Origin: Lama guanicoe
Taxonomy: Eukaryota
Reading direction: 5' to 3'
NCBI GenBank assembly: GCA_013239625.1
Contig: MU053881.1
Coordinates: 14,686,373-14,750,372, forward strand
Length of the DNA: 64,000 nucleotides
Below the pieces are notes generated by a model. It had not been told where the DNA came from. It ran no database searches and saw only the letters and a program-made list of their open reading frames with translations. Shown in pieces: positions 1 to 11,235 of this stretch (the stretch's first letter is position 1; the number at the start of each line of letters is the position of its first letter). The position numbers and the translations under genes were made by a program.

Positions 1-272
1 CCTGAAGAGACAGAGTTGGTGGCCATGTCCAACTGAACACAGGCAGTGTGGTGAGGCCCAGCTGGAGGCCTGGCTCAGGCCCCAAAAGCAGTGAGCCTCG
101 TGTCCTGGGCTTGCCCAGAGCCTCACTCTTCTGGCTCCCTCCCCTGCTCCCTGGGATTCCAAACCTGAAGTTCAGTGTTTGTGCTCTGGGGTTGGGGGAT
201 CACTGGCAGTGGGGTGGTGGATGGGGGAGGGGTCACCACTGGCACTGGAGGCCTCCTTAGCACTGCCCCCAG

Positions 273-424
273 CAAGGTGTTCCTGACGGTGACCCGACTG
301 TACTTCAGTGCGGAGGAGGGGGGTGAGCGCTCCGTCTGCTTGACATTTGCCTTCCTCTTCCTACTCCTGGCCATGCTGGTGCAGGTGGTGCGGGAGGAGA
401 CCCTCGAGCTCGGTCTGGAGCCAG
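273..424 (+). CDS. TMEM161A: TMEM161A internal coding exon (first in window; upstream exons lie outside it)
   Basis: ccccag|C AAG GTG TTC ... GAG CCA G|gtatgt; encodes KVFLTVTRLYFSAEEGGERSVCLTFAFLFLLLAMLVQVVREETLELGLEP, matching TMEM161A as I recall it. Confidence 0.93.
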
Positions 425-1650
425 GTATGTGCAGTCTGGGTCCTGGAATCACCTCCCTCACTCTCTCATGTAAGCTGGTGAGAGTGGAGTTTAGGTGGCT
501 TTTCCACCTGCACACAGTAGGTGAGAAGGCGACTCCTGGGGCCCAAGAGATCTCCATGGATGCTTGCCACCCTGGGAACCCCCTTGGGCTTTGAGGACAG
601 GAGACACCCCATCTCACTGTCCCTGATGAATGCCTGCAGCTGTAAATTCACACAGGCACTTCTGTTCCCCTCCAGTCTGTCTTCTACCCAGCAGCCAGAG
701 TGATTTAATATTTACCTATTCTAATTTAATGTGGGGGAGGAAATAGGTAAATGGTATAAAATTGATAAAATACAAGAAGGTACAGAATGAAAATCACCCT
801 TCCACACTGGTTCTCCCCAGAGGAAACCTAGGGCACCACATTCCCATACTCTCATCAAACAGTAGTGTATATGGCTTTACACCTTGTTTTTTTTCCCTTA
901 AAAACAATAAATATTACTGTCCCTTGATGCTATGTCCGTTGTATGTTACAGTAGCATAGTAACAGTAACTTGATACTACATTTTGTAACAGCTACACAAT
1001 ATGTCACTTTATAGATTTTCTGTGATTATTTAACCAGGCCTTGAGTTATGGACTTATTTAAGTCTTTCCACTATTAAATGCTGTTGCACAGAAATCATGT
1101 TGCTACAAGAACAGCCTCGTGCATGTGACCCTGTGCAAGAAAGTGCACTTATAATTTTAATAATGCTGCAAAATTGCCTTTTAGGAAGAGATCAATGAAC
1201 ATGCCTATTTCCCCACATTGTCTCCAATGTGTTCCTCAGACATTTTTGTCTTGAGTGATCTGATGAGTGAAAATATGTGAGGTTGAGCATCTTTTCATAT
1301 GTTGAAGAGCCATTTATATTTCCCTTCCAGAAAAGGTTTGTTCTTTTGCCCAGTTTTCTACTGGGTTTTTGATCCTTTATTGATTTGTAGGAGCCCTTTA
1401 TATATTAAGGTACTTAGCCTTTGTGTGTGATAGGAATTGTAAATATTTTTTCTGTGGACTTTCTCTATTTCTTGAATGATCTTTTAAAAAACAATTTGGA
1501 TTACATCACTTCTCTGCCTGACACCAGACTCTAATGGTCTTTGGGTAAAGATAAAAATCCTCACCATGGCCAACATGGCCCTGCTGACTACTTGAGCTTT
1601 ATCATCACCAATTCTTCCCACCTTTCAATTTTTAAATTATGTAATGAATA

Positions 1651-1676
1651 CACACACACACACACACACACACACA
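1651..1676. repeat. (CA)13 microsatellite
   Basis: Seen directly. Confidence 0.95.
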
Positions 1677-1734
1677 TAAAAATTACAAAACCAGATAATG
1701 TAAACACTCATTACCCACCTCTACCATTCAAGAG

Positions 1735-2105
1735 GCTGCCTTTTTGTTTTGTTGATAGTTTCCTTTGCTGTGCAGAAGCCTTTTAGTTTGCTGTAGTCCC
1801 ACTTGTTTATTTTTGCTTTTGTTTGTCTTGCCTGAGAATACATGTTCAAAAAAATATTACCAAGACCAGTATCGAATAGCATACCACCTATGTTTTCTTC
1901 TAGGAGTTTTATGGTTTCACCTGTTACATTTAGTCTTTAATGCATTTTGAGTTTATTTTTGTATATGGTGTGAGAAAGTAGTCCACTCTGAGTTTTGCAT
2001 GTAGTTGTCCAGTTTTCCCAGCACCATTTATTGAAGAGGCTGTTTTTTCCCCATTGTATAATCTTGCCTCCTTTGTTATAGCTTAATTGACCATGTAAGT
2101 GTACT
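1735..2105 (-). mobile_element. L1 ORF2 fragment, antisense
   Basis: Typical antisense L1 text: tttgctgtgcagaagcc, tttgtatatggtgtgag, cagcaccatttattgaagag. Confidence 0.8.
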
Positions 2106-2129
2106 CCACATGCTCTTGATTAACATATA

Positions 2130-3560
2130 TTCCCTGCCTCTAAGTGTCCAATAAATTCAAATCTCCGTCTTTCCTAACTTTTATTTCTGACATATCAGTC
2201 TTTAAAGGTAGACCTCCCCTGTGGGATAGTGGAGCTCTCACTTTCTCTCGGTAGTTCTGTCAGTGTACTCTTTATGTATTTTGAGGATAATTGACAAGGT
2301 ATTTACAAGTTTAAAATTGCTAAACCATCCTGGCAAATTAGCCATTTTTTCTTGATATATTGACCCCTTCTGATTCTAATAATACTTCCATCTTAGTCTA
2401 GTTTATCTTATATTAATATAGCCTCTCCAGCTTCCTTCCTTTCTTTTTAAAGTAAGACATAATTGACATAAAAAATTATATCAGTTTCAGATATACCTCA
2501 TAATGATTCAATATTTGTGTATTTTGCAAAATGATCACCACACTAAGTTGAGTTAATATCCATCATCATGCATAGTTCCTTTTTTTTCCTTGTGATGAGA
2601 ACTTTCAAGATCTACTCTCTTAGCAACTTTCAAATATAAAATACCACCTTTCTTTTAATTAGTATTTATTATATCTTCTTAACATCCCTTTACTTTCAAC
2701 CTTACAGTGATCTCACATTCAGGTATATCTACTTTAAAATATATGTATATCTAGATATTTTCAATCAGGTCTGACAGTCTGTGTCATTTAACTTCAAAGT
2801 TTAATCTGCTTACATTTACTGCGATCACTGACATATTTGGCCTTGTTTCTACCATCTTACTTTCCCCTTTCTATTTGTTTCTCTTCTGTTATTGTTGTTG
2901 ACAATGGCTGCCAGCTTAATTGTCCTTCCTTTGTAGGTGATTTGTCATAACTTCTGGCTGCTTTGTGATCTCTTTATTTTGGGTATTCTGCGGTTTAACC
3001 ACAGTGTGTGTAGGTATGGATTTCTTTGTATTTGTCTGACTTGATATACTTCGTCTGTATCATCCATTCTGCAGACTCTTCAATCATTCTCTTCCGATAT
3101 CTCTTCTCCTTCATTTTCTCTCCTCTCTCCCTTTGGGGCCCTGACTTGACTTATACTGGACTTTCTATTCTGTCCTCCTTATCTCTTAATCTCTCTTCAT
3201 TTTTCCCATCTTCTTGTCTTTCTGGTTGGAATCTGAGTGATTTCCTCTTTTGGCTGTTTCTAATATGCTGTTTAACAACCTATCATTTCAGTAGTTATAT
3301 TTTCCCTTTGAAAGAGCTTAACTTGTTTCTTTGCAAACCCTCCTGGTCACCTGAGGTGGTCTCATGTCGCCCGTTCTGTGATTCCAGCTTTTATTTCCCC
3401 CAGTCATTTCACACAGAACTGATAATGCCAATTTCTGAGGTCCTTGGGTCTAAACTTGTCTTGTTTTTTCCCTACAGACCCACCTTTATGGTGATTTCTT
3501 TACTTGTGTGTTTGGTGATTTTGGTTGTGAGCTTTTGTTGATTTGCTTTTACTCCGTGGA
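2130..3560 (-). mobile_element. Cluster of old, degraded L1 fragments (boundaries approximate)
   Basis: T-rich L1M-like text, including an antisense 3'-end piece near 2450-2645 (gatctactctcttagcaactttcaa). Confidence 0.5.
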
Positions 3561-3896
3561 AAATCTGGGGGCCTGAACTGAGAATTCTCTCCAGAACTTT
3601 GGTTTTCTTCCTTGGAGCCCTTCATGACCCTCCAGCTTCCTGGTATAATACAGGAAGCTCAGGCTCAGTGCTTTCTGCCCCCATGTCCCCACAGTCTGGT
3701 GAAGGGTGTCTGCCTGGCACATTCTCCTGAGGTGCACATCACTGGAGAACAAAATTGTCCTTATGCTTGTCACAGGGCCTGGCTGCCACTAATATGTTCC
3801 TACCTAGGGAGCAAAAGGATGTCTGGGAGTGGGGACAGAGTAGGCTCTGAGGCCCCAGGGCTCTACTGGACACTGCCTTCTCTGTGTCTTCCCCAG

Positions 3897-3957
3897 GCCT
3901 GGCCAGTATGACCCAGAACTTGGAGCCACTTCTGAAGACACAGGGCTGGGACTGGAC
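3897..3957 (+). CDS. TMEM161A: TMEM161A coding exon (61 nt)
   Basis: ccccag|GC CTG GCC AGT ATG ... GAC TGG AC|gtgagt; GLASMTQNLEPLLKTQGWDW; phase-compatible with neighbouring exons. Confidence 0.92.
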
Positions 3958-4057
3958 GTGAGTCCTGGGAAGGGAGGGGGAGCAGCAGCTGGCTGTGACC
4001 TGCAAGGAGGGTGCTGACCTGCCTCAGCGAGCTCCATGACCTTTCTCTTTTCCTCAG

Positions 4058-4201
4058 TCTTCCTCTGGCCAAGCTGGCCATCCGCGTGGGGCTGGCAGTG
4101 GTGGGCTCCATGCTGGGCGCCTTCCTCACCTTCCCAGGCCTGCGGCTGGCCCAGACGCACCATGATGCGCTGACCATGTCAGAAGACCGGCCCATGCTAC
4201 A
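4058..4201 (+). CDS. TMEM161A: TMEM161A coding exon (144 nt)
   Basis: cctcag|T CTT CCT CTG ... ATG CTA CA|gttagg; LPLAKLAIRVGLAVVGSMLGAFLTFPGLRLAQTHHDALTMSEDRPMLQ. Confidence 0.92.
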
Positions 4202-4303
4202 GTTAGGTGGAGGGCCGGGTGGGTGGGGGTTCAGAGAGCCTAGGGGAGGGGCTGTGGGAATGGTGGATGCCCAAGCCTACTCCCTCTGCACCCTTGCCCC
4301 CAG

Positions 4304-4417
4304 GTTCCTCCTGCACACCAGCTTCCTGTCCCCACTGTTTGTCCTGTGGCTCTGGACCAAGCCCATTGCACGGGACTTTCTGCACCAGGCTCCCCTTGGG
4401 AGCACGTCCTTCTGTCT
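4304..4417 (+). CDS. TMEM161A: TMEM161A coding exon (114 nt)
   Basis: ccccag|G TTC CTC ... TTC TGT CT|gtgcgt; FLLHTSFLSPLFVLWLWTKPIARDFLHQAPLGSTSFCL. Confidence 0.92.
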
Positions 4418-4562
4418 GTGCGTATGGGAGTGATCTGGGAGGAGAGGGCAGCTGGGGCCCCTCTGGTACTGCAGTCTTAGGCTATGGGAGGAGCCGTGGT
4501 CCTGGGGGAGGAGCCTGGGGCGAAGAGCGGTCTCACTAGTCCTGTCACCCCTTTTCGTGCAG

Positions 4563-4737
4563 GCTGTCGGACTCGGCCTTCGACTCTCTGCGCCTCTGGG
4601 TGCTGGTGGCACTGTGCCTGCTACGGCTGGGGGTGACCCGGCCCCACCTGCAGGCCTACCTTTGCCTGGCCAAGGCCCGTGTGGAGCAGCTGAGGAGGGA
4701 GGCGGGCCGCATTGAGGCCCGCGAGATCCAGCGGCGG
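4563..4737 (+). CDS. TMEM161A: TMEM161A coding exon (175 nt), copy 1 of duplicated pair
   Basis: gtgcag|G CTG TCG GAC ... CAG CGG CGG|gtactg; LSDSAFDSLRLWVLVALCLLRLGVTRPHLQAYLCLAKARVEQLRREAGRIEAREIQRR. Confidence 0.9.
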
Positions 4738-4858
4738 GTACTGGCGCCCGGGCCCGGGAGGAAACCGGGGGCTCAGGCTGGGGCTCCCGGTCCCTCGGGC
4801 GTGGGGTTACCCGGAGCCCAGAAGGCTCCCGGCTGCAGCCACGGCTGTTGCCTCCTAG

Positions 4859-4955
4859 GTGGTGCGGGTGTACTGCTACGTGACGGTTGTGAGCCTGCAG
4901 TACCTAACACCGCTCATCCTCACCCTCAACTGCACGCTGCTGCTCAAGACGCTGG
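4859..4955 (+). CDS. TMEM161A: TMEM161A penultimate coding exon (97 nt), copy 1
   Basis: cctag|GTG GTG CGG ... ACG CTG G|gtgaga; VVRVYCYVTVVSLQYLTPLILTLNCTLLLKTLG. Confidence 0.9.
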
Positions 4956-5200
4956 GTGAGAACTGGCCGGGGCGGGGCGGGGCGGAGCCTGAGGCGGGGT
5001 CTGGAGTTGGAGTTGGGTGGGTGCATGGAGGGGAGGGCAGGAGATAGATGGGTGAGGGGAGTGCCCGGCAATCTGGGAGGAGAGGGCAGCTGGGGCCCCT
5101 CTGGTACTGCAGTCTTAGGCTATGGGAGGAGCCGTGGTCCTGGGGGAGGAGCCTGGGGCGAAGAGCGGTCTCACTAGTCCTGTCACCCCTTTTCGTGCAG

Positions 5201-5375
5201 GCTGTCGGACTCGGCCTTCGACTCTCTGCGCCTCTGGGTGCTGGTGGCACTGTGCCTGCTACGGCTGGGGGTGACCCGGCCCCACCTGCAGGCCTACCTT
5301 TGCCTGGCCAAGGCCCGTGTGGAGCAGCTGAGGAGGGAGGCGGGCCGCATTGAGGCCCGCGAGATCCAGCGGCGG
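5201..5375 (+). CDS. TMEM161A: TMEM161A 175-nt exon, copy 2 (duplicate)
   Basis: Same sequence and splice sites as 4563-4737, offset +638. Confidence 0.75.
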
Positions 5376-5496
5376 GTACTGGCGCCCGGGCCCGGGAGGA
5401 AACCGGGGGCTCAGGCTGGGGCTCCCGGTCCCTCGGGCGTGGGGTTACCCGGAGCCCAGAAGGCTCCCGGCTGCAGCCACGGCTGTTGCCTCCTAG

Positions 5497-5593
5497 GTGG
5501 TGCGGGTGTACTGCTACGTGACGGTTGTGAGCCTGCAGTACCTAACACCGCTCATCCTCACCCTCAACTGCACGCTGCTGCTCAAGACGCTGG
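5497..5593 (+). CDS. TMEM161A: TMEM161A 97-nt exon, copy 2 (duplicate)
   Basis: Same sequence and splice sites as 4859-4955, offset +638. Confidence 0.75.
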
Positions 5594-5927
5594 GTGAGAA
5601 CTGGCCGGGGCGGGGCGGGGCGGAGCCTGAGGCGGGGTCTGGAGTTGGAGTTGGGTGGGTGCATGGAGGGGAGGGCAGGAGATAGATGGGTGAGGGGGGT
5701 GCCCGGCTGTTGGGGGTGTGGAGGTGGGGTGATGGGGCGAGGTCGGAGGCGCAGCCTGGGGTGGGGGCAGAGCCTGGGGCGCTGGGGCGGGGGTGGTGGT
5801 GGTAGCGGGAGGCGGAGCCTAGGGCGGGGCGGGTGAGTGTCAGAAACGGTGGAGGAGGAGTCCCTAAACCCCGTGTGTGCCTCTGCCAGTGCCTCCACCC
5901 ATCCCTCCCTCCACCCTCCTCTCGCAG

Positions 5928-6181
5928 GCGGCTACTCCTGGGGCTTGGGCCCGGTCCCCTCGTTGTCCCCCACCCCGTCCTCAATCAGCGATGGCCCGGT
6001 CAACCCCGAAGAGGTCGCGGCCCAGCAGACGGCGGCCCTGATCGCCGGGGCCCTGGGCAGCCTGCTCACACCCCTCTTCCTCCGAGGTGTCCTCTCCTTC
6101 CTCATCTGGTGGATCGCCGCCTGCCAACTGCTCTCCAGCCTCTTCGGCCTCTACTTCCACCAGCACTTGGCGGGCTCCTAG
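5928..6181 (+). CDS. TMEM161A: TMEM161A last coding exon to TAG
   Basis: ctcgcag|GC GGC TAC TCC TGG; ends ...LFGLYFHQHLAGS*, the TMEM161A C-terminus. Confidence 0.95.
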
Positions 6182-6480
6182 CTACCTGCAGACACTTCTG
6201 CGGCCCCAAGGTCTGGTCCTGGACCAGCGGGAGCGGGCCACCCCTCAGTGTCCCCAGGTGCAAGGCGGTCCTGGGAGTCTCTGCTGCACCGGCTGGCCCG
6301 TCTCCTACACCACAGTGCCTGAGCTGTGGCCCTCCTTGGACACTGAGCTTCTGCCTTGAGAAACTGACTCCCCAGGCCCAGCCGCAGAGGTCCCAGAGCC
6401 AGCCATCGTTCCTAGATTGCATGTGCCTGTTAGACTGCAGTGCAGGAATGGGGGGTGGGGGTAGGAGGCTCTTCCGAACA

Positions 6481-6486
6481 AATAAA
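6481..6486 (+). terminator. Candidate TMEM161A polyadenylation signal AATAAA
   Basis: AATAAA about 300 nt after the stop codon. Confidence 0.7.
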
Positions 6487-6959
6487 GGAGCAAGCTGCTT
6501 TTTACAAACTGGATCCAAGTGGTATGGGAGGCAGCTTCCTGCATGCTGTCCCGCCACATGGGTGCAGAATGGGTGGGGGCCATGGGAGGTCATCGGGGGC
6601 TTCAGTGCTGAGTGAAGGGAACGATGGAGGGAGAGCATAGGGTGACTCCAAGCAGAGGCCTGGGAGGAAGAAGTGAGAGAAGGAAAGAAGAGATGAAATG
6701 TATCAATGGCAAGAACTAAGAGAAATGGGGGGAGAGGGAGGCGTTGAGCTCATGGTGCTGGGCAGGGGGCCACTGTGGCTGCCACTCTCTGCCACAGGTC
6801 AAGGGGGACTGCTTTCATATCAAGGTCACATACAGCAAATGGGCACACTGTTGAGGCCGTGGTGACCCAGGGGAGGGAGGACAAGGGGCCATTACTGACT
6901 CCAGCATTTTCCTGCAGCTGTGGGAAACTGGTGTGTGCGCACGTGTGTAGCCTCCTGTA

Positions 6960-7325
6960 CATGTTCAACAAAATTCAACTGAGTAAATTTTAAAGGTCTT
7001 ACTGGCTTATTCAATGCTTCATGAATCAGGCTGCATCCAGTCCAGCAGCTATAGAAAGCTCTGAGGAGCTATACAAAAGAGTTTTATAAAGCAGAAGGAA
7101 GCAGGAACAAGGAAGTTATACTAGCAAAAAGCGGACTGGTTGTGACAAGGTCACTTTCTTTTAGGGGATAGACGAGGTCTATCAGGTAGATCACCTCACT
7201 AGTGCTGATCAGGTGACTTCTGATTGGCTTCAGGGAGAGCCGAAATTGTAATTCTGTTTGGTGACATTGGCCTTAGCATAAGTGACTCCATTTTTGAGCC
7301 TGTTGTCTTGGTTTTTTTCACAACG
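6960..7325. mobile_element. Probable ERV1-class solo LTR remnant
   Basis: LTR-like motifs (ttattcaatgcttcatgaatcaggctgcatcc ... agcataagtgactccattttt); family not determined. Confidence 0.45.
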
Positions 7326-7350
7326 TAAATTATCTAATCTTTAAAAAAAT

Positions 7351-7466
7351 TTTTTTTGGGGGTAATTAGGTTCTTACTTATCTTTTTTAATGGAGGTACT
7401 GGGGATCAAACCCAGGACGTTGTGCATGCTAGGCAGGCACTCTACCACTGAGCTACACCCTCCCCC
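7351..7466 (-). mobile_element. tRNA-Ala-derived SINE (Vic-1-like)
   Basis: Reverse complement has ggggagggtgtagctcagtggtagag, a B box (ggtttgatccc), cagtacctccattaaaa and an A-rich tail. Confidence 0.85.
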
Positions 7467-8467
7467 TGTAAATTATGTAATCTTTTAGTATATGTAATAT
7501 GTATATTAAGAATACAAAAGAAGAGGTGAAGCCATTTTCCTCAGCAGGGTGATAGCCAAAGGTCTAAGTGATGGACCCCAAGGCCCGTGTATGGGACCCA
7601 GCGTGTCTGCCTGGCCAGCGTGACAAGTGTGACCCACGTTGGGGCCTTAAACTTTGCTCTGGGCTCCCTCACCTCACGGGTGTATTTCGCCTGAGGGGAG
7701 AAGTGCCCTCCCCAACCTCTCCGCACAAACCCATCTGCCCCACTGACTTGCTACATATCATAAACCAGGGAGTATGATTCCGCTTAGGAAAGTGAGATTA
7801 TAACCCAATATCTGATGAAAGCGCTGACATGCAGTGGATCTGAGAGCAGGAGGGCGGGGGAGTTGGAGCAGGGGATGCTGGTGTCCCCGTCCCTAGACAG
7901 GTCTTTGACTTATGAAACTCTGTGCTTCTGTTACATGGATGAAAATGAAAAATATGTTAAAAACAAGGGTTAAGGCCAACTAAATGCGTCATTCTATGTT
8001 GACCCTTCTCAAAACCCTAGTAAAGTACAGAGGCTGCAGAACATTCTGGAAGTAAGGAATTAAGGGGGAGAGGGCCACAACTGACTGCCTGGTCCAGGGA
8101 TGCCAAATAAGGGAATTCCTGGGACCAGAAGTTTCCAGGTGCCTGAGGCTGGGTGACAAAAGCCCCATCCCAAGGCACACCTCTGGGAAGTTCCAGAATG
8201 AAGACCAGCTCCCAACAAGGACACAACAGTGACATCTAGTGGCTCAGGAAACAGATGATGGCGTGTTGTCTCCTTGCTCTATCTCCCCAGCACCTCAGGA
8301 GTCACCAGGGACTTCCTGACAGTGCTGACCCCACAGGGCACAGCCCCTCCTGTAGTGGCACCTCAGGCCACCTGGCCCTTCGCTTGCTTAGCCAGGGCTG
8401 TGTATGTTCTCCGCTCTCTGAGTTCAACACCATGTACTTTAGGGGCACATAGGAAGGTAGAAACACC

Positions 8468-9160
8468 ATAAAGAAAAGCAAGAGGATTCCTTACAAAACT
8501 AAAAATAGAGTTACCATATGATCCAGCAATCCCACTCCGGTGTATGTATCCAGAAAAGACAAAAACTCTAATTCGAAAAGATGCATGCACCCCAATGTTC
8601 ACAGCAGCACTATTTACAATAGTCAAGACATGGAAGCAACCTAAATGTCCACCGACAGATGACTGGATAAAGAAGATGTGGTATATTTATACAATGGAAT
8701 ACTGCTTAGCCATAAAAAAGAATAAACCAATGCTATTTGCAGCAACATGGATGGGCCTAGAGATTATCATACTAAGTGAAGTCAGTCAGACAGAGAAAGG
8801 CAAATACCACATGATATCACTTATATGTGGAATCTAAAAAAATGATACAAATGAACTTATTCATGAAACAGCAACAGACTCACATAGAAAACAAACTTTT
8901 GGTTACCAAAGGGGAAAGGAGGGGAAGGGATAAATTAGGAATTTGGGATTAACAGATACACACCACTATATATAAAATAGGTAAACAACAAAGACCTCTA
9001 CTGTAGAGCACAAGGAACTATATTCAATATCTTGTGATAACCTAGAATGGAAAAGAATCTGAAAAAGAATATACCTCTGTCTAGATAACATGTATAACTG
9101 AATCACTTTGCTGTACACCTGAAGCATTGAAAACCAACTATACTACAATTTAAAAACAAA
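8468..9160 (+). mobile_element. L1 3' end (ORF2 C-terminus + 3'UTR)
   Basis: ORF 8544-8837 (CTPMFTAALFTIVKTWKQPKCP...EYCLAIKKN...MISLICGI) is the L1 ORF2 tail, followed by L1 3'UTR. Confidence 0.92.
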
Positions 9161-9164
9161 GCAA

Positions 9165-9258
9165 GGTGGCGGGTATAGCTAAGTGGTAGAGTGCATGCTT
9201 AGCATGCATTAGGTCCTGGGTTCAACTCCCAGTACCTCCAATTAAAAAAACGAAAAAA
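9165..9258 (+). mobile_element. Vic-1-like SINE
   Basis: gggtatagctaagtggtagagtgcatgcttagcatgcattaggtcctgggttcaactcccagtacctcc followed by an A tail. Confidence 0.88.
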
Positions 9259-9497
9259 AGCAAGAGGGTGACTGACACCAGCATAGTAGGTACGATGGGA
9301 GAGGGGCACACGTGGGATTACCGGTGACGGGTCCCAGGCTCTCACTGCCGTGCTTTAAACCACATAGGCTCTTTATAGACTCATTATGTGACTCATTTCA
9401 TAATTTAAAAAAGAATGTAAGAATGAGAAAAATAAGGTGCAGCCACCATCAGAGGGAAATAGGGAAGATGAAAGGTGGTGGTCAAGATCCTTTTGTT

Positions 9498-9550
9498 GGG
9501 GGGAGGGTATACCTCAAGCGGCAGGGCACGTGCCTAGCATGCACGAGGTC
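9498..9550 (+). mobile_element. Partial Vic-1-like SINE head
   Basis: gggagggtatacctcaagcggcagggcacgtgcctagcatgcacgaggtc. Confidence 0.65.
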
Positions 9551-10199
9551 AGCTGCCCTCCAGGATTCCCACCTGCTTCCCTTCATATTAAAATTTTTCT
9601 GCAAAAAAAAAATTTTTTTTTGCAGCAAGAGCCTGAGTAGCATCACCGACCTGCATTGCCCATCGTGGAGAAAGTCTCTCAGGGTAGACTCAAGTCTGGG
9701 AACCCTGATTTGTCCCTTCCCAGAGGGGCACAAGGCCCAATGTATCACACTTTTTCCTGTCCTCTAGGGCGCAACACAACACACTCACAAAATTTCTGTT
9801 CATATTCTTTGAGGACATTTCTTGCCTCTCCTACCAGGCCTGGTATTTGGGGCTGCAATAGACAGAACAACTAAGAGAAGGGGGAAGAAAGAATAAATGG
9901 CCAGCAATCACGGAGTGATGCCCAGCCTTACAAGAGATTGTGGAAGGATGCAACGTAAAGCAGCAAGGAGACGCCACATCACGCAGCACACACCCATGAC
10001 CTCTGCATGTGGCCTGTCAGTGCCTGCACTGCACAGTCTTGCTGGGGTGTGTTTTGGCAGCACTTGGAAATGGTAACCCCATGGCCAGCAGGTTCCTTAG
10101 GGACACATCCTGGGGAGATTCCTGCCCACGGGTGAATCGTGCAAGGGCGGTAGGCACTGAGTTCTCCCTTCCTCCCTTCCTCCCTTTTTCCCTTTATCT

Positions 10200-10325
10200 C
10201 TTTCTTACTTTCTTGGGTTTTACTTATTTTTGTATTTTTTTCCCTTACTGGAGGCACTGGGGATTGAATCCAGGACCTTGCACACGCCAAGCACACACTC
10301 TACCACTGAGCTATACCCCAACCCT
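10200..10325 (-). mobile_element. Vic-1-like SINE
   Basis: ggaggcactggggattgaatccaggacc ... ctctaccactgagctataccc. Confidence 0.85.
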
Positions 10326-10799
10326 CACTGCATTACATCTGAGGGCAAAAAGCTGACCTGGGAATGAGTAGATCACCTGGGAGAAACTATATAGGTGGTA
10401 AGAAAATGAAAGATTGAGTTCCGCTTATGAGGACAGATCTCCCAGATGGACTCAGGGGAGAAACAAGTAAAAAAGCACTGTAAAGTCATGAGATGCCATT
10501 TTTTCCCTGTCAGATTATGGCAGACCAAAAAGACTGGTGATCAGCCGTGGGTGCTTATGGGCTGAATTGTGTTCTCCCCCAGATTCTTGTGTTGAAGTCC
10601 GAAACCTCCAGGACCTCAGAATGTGAGTATTTGGAGGTAGGGTCTTTATAGATGCGATTAAGTTAAAATGAGGGTGTTAGGTTGGGCCCTGATCCTATAA
10701 TAGGACTGGTGTCCTTAGAAGAGGAAAAAAACATTTTTTTGTTTTTGTTTTTAATGCAAACTTCTTTTTGGGTTTCCACTATTTTGTGGGAGGCCGTTC

Positions 10800-10941
10800 T
10801 TTTTTGGGTAGGAGGTAGTTAGATTTATTTATTATTTTATTTTATTATTATTATTATTATTTTTAATGGAGGTACTAAGGATTGAACCCAGGACCTCTTG
10901 CATGCTAAGCAGGTGCTCTACACTGAGCTATAAACTCCCCC
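10800..10941 (-). mobile_element. Vic-1-like SINE
   Basis: (TTA)n tail plus ttaatggaggtact...attgaacccaggacc...gagctata. Confidence 0.85.
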
Positions 10942-11109
10942 TGACATTCTTTTTTTATTGAAGTCTAGTCAGTTTACAATGTTGTATCAATTTCTGGTGT
11001 GCAGCATAATGTTTCAGTCATACACATACATACATATATTCGTTTTCATATTCTTTTTCATTATAGGTTACTATAAAATTTTTTAATTTAAGTTTATTTT
11101 ATTTATCTT

Positions 11110-11235
11110 TTTTTTGGAGGGGGAGGAAATTAGATTTATTTATGTAGTTATTAATTTAGTGCAGGTACTGTGGAATTGAACCCAGGAACCTAGGCATGCT
11201 AAGTACTCACTCTACTACAGAGCTATAACTTCCCA
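11110..11235 (-). mobile_element. Vic-1-like SINE
   Basis: ggtactgtggaattgaacccaggaacctaggcatgctaag...agagctata. Confidence 0.8.

Larger units (their letters stand above)
4433..5707. repeat. Tandem duplication, period 638 bp (4433-5069 and 5071-5707), containing two TMEM161A exons
   Basis: Direct comparison; the ORF track repeats at +638 (4600/5238, 4859/5497); one mismatch seen (5060 a vs 5698 g). Confidence 0.97.

Noticed and set aside
3026..3541. 171-aa hydrophobic ORF in a TMEM161A intron
   Set aside because: T-rich antisense L1 remnant giving a spurious Phe/Leu/Ser-rich translation
5833..6638. Long overlapping ORFs (260 aa on +, 178 aa on -)
   Set aside because: Off-frame or antisense shadows of the GC-rich TMEM161A last exon and 3'UTR, with no recognisable domain
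9165..9240. tRNA-Ala(AGC)-like sequences with A and B boxes (here and at the other copies)
   Set aside because: They are diverged from each other, run into a shared non-tRNA tail and poly(A), and some have target-site duplications, so they are SINEs rather than tRNA genes
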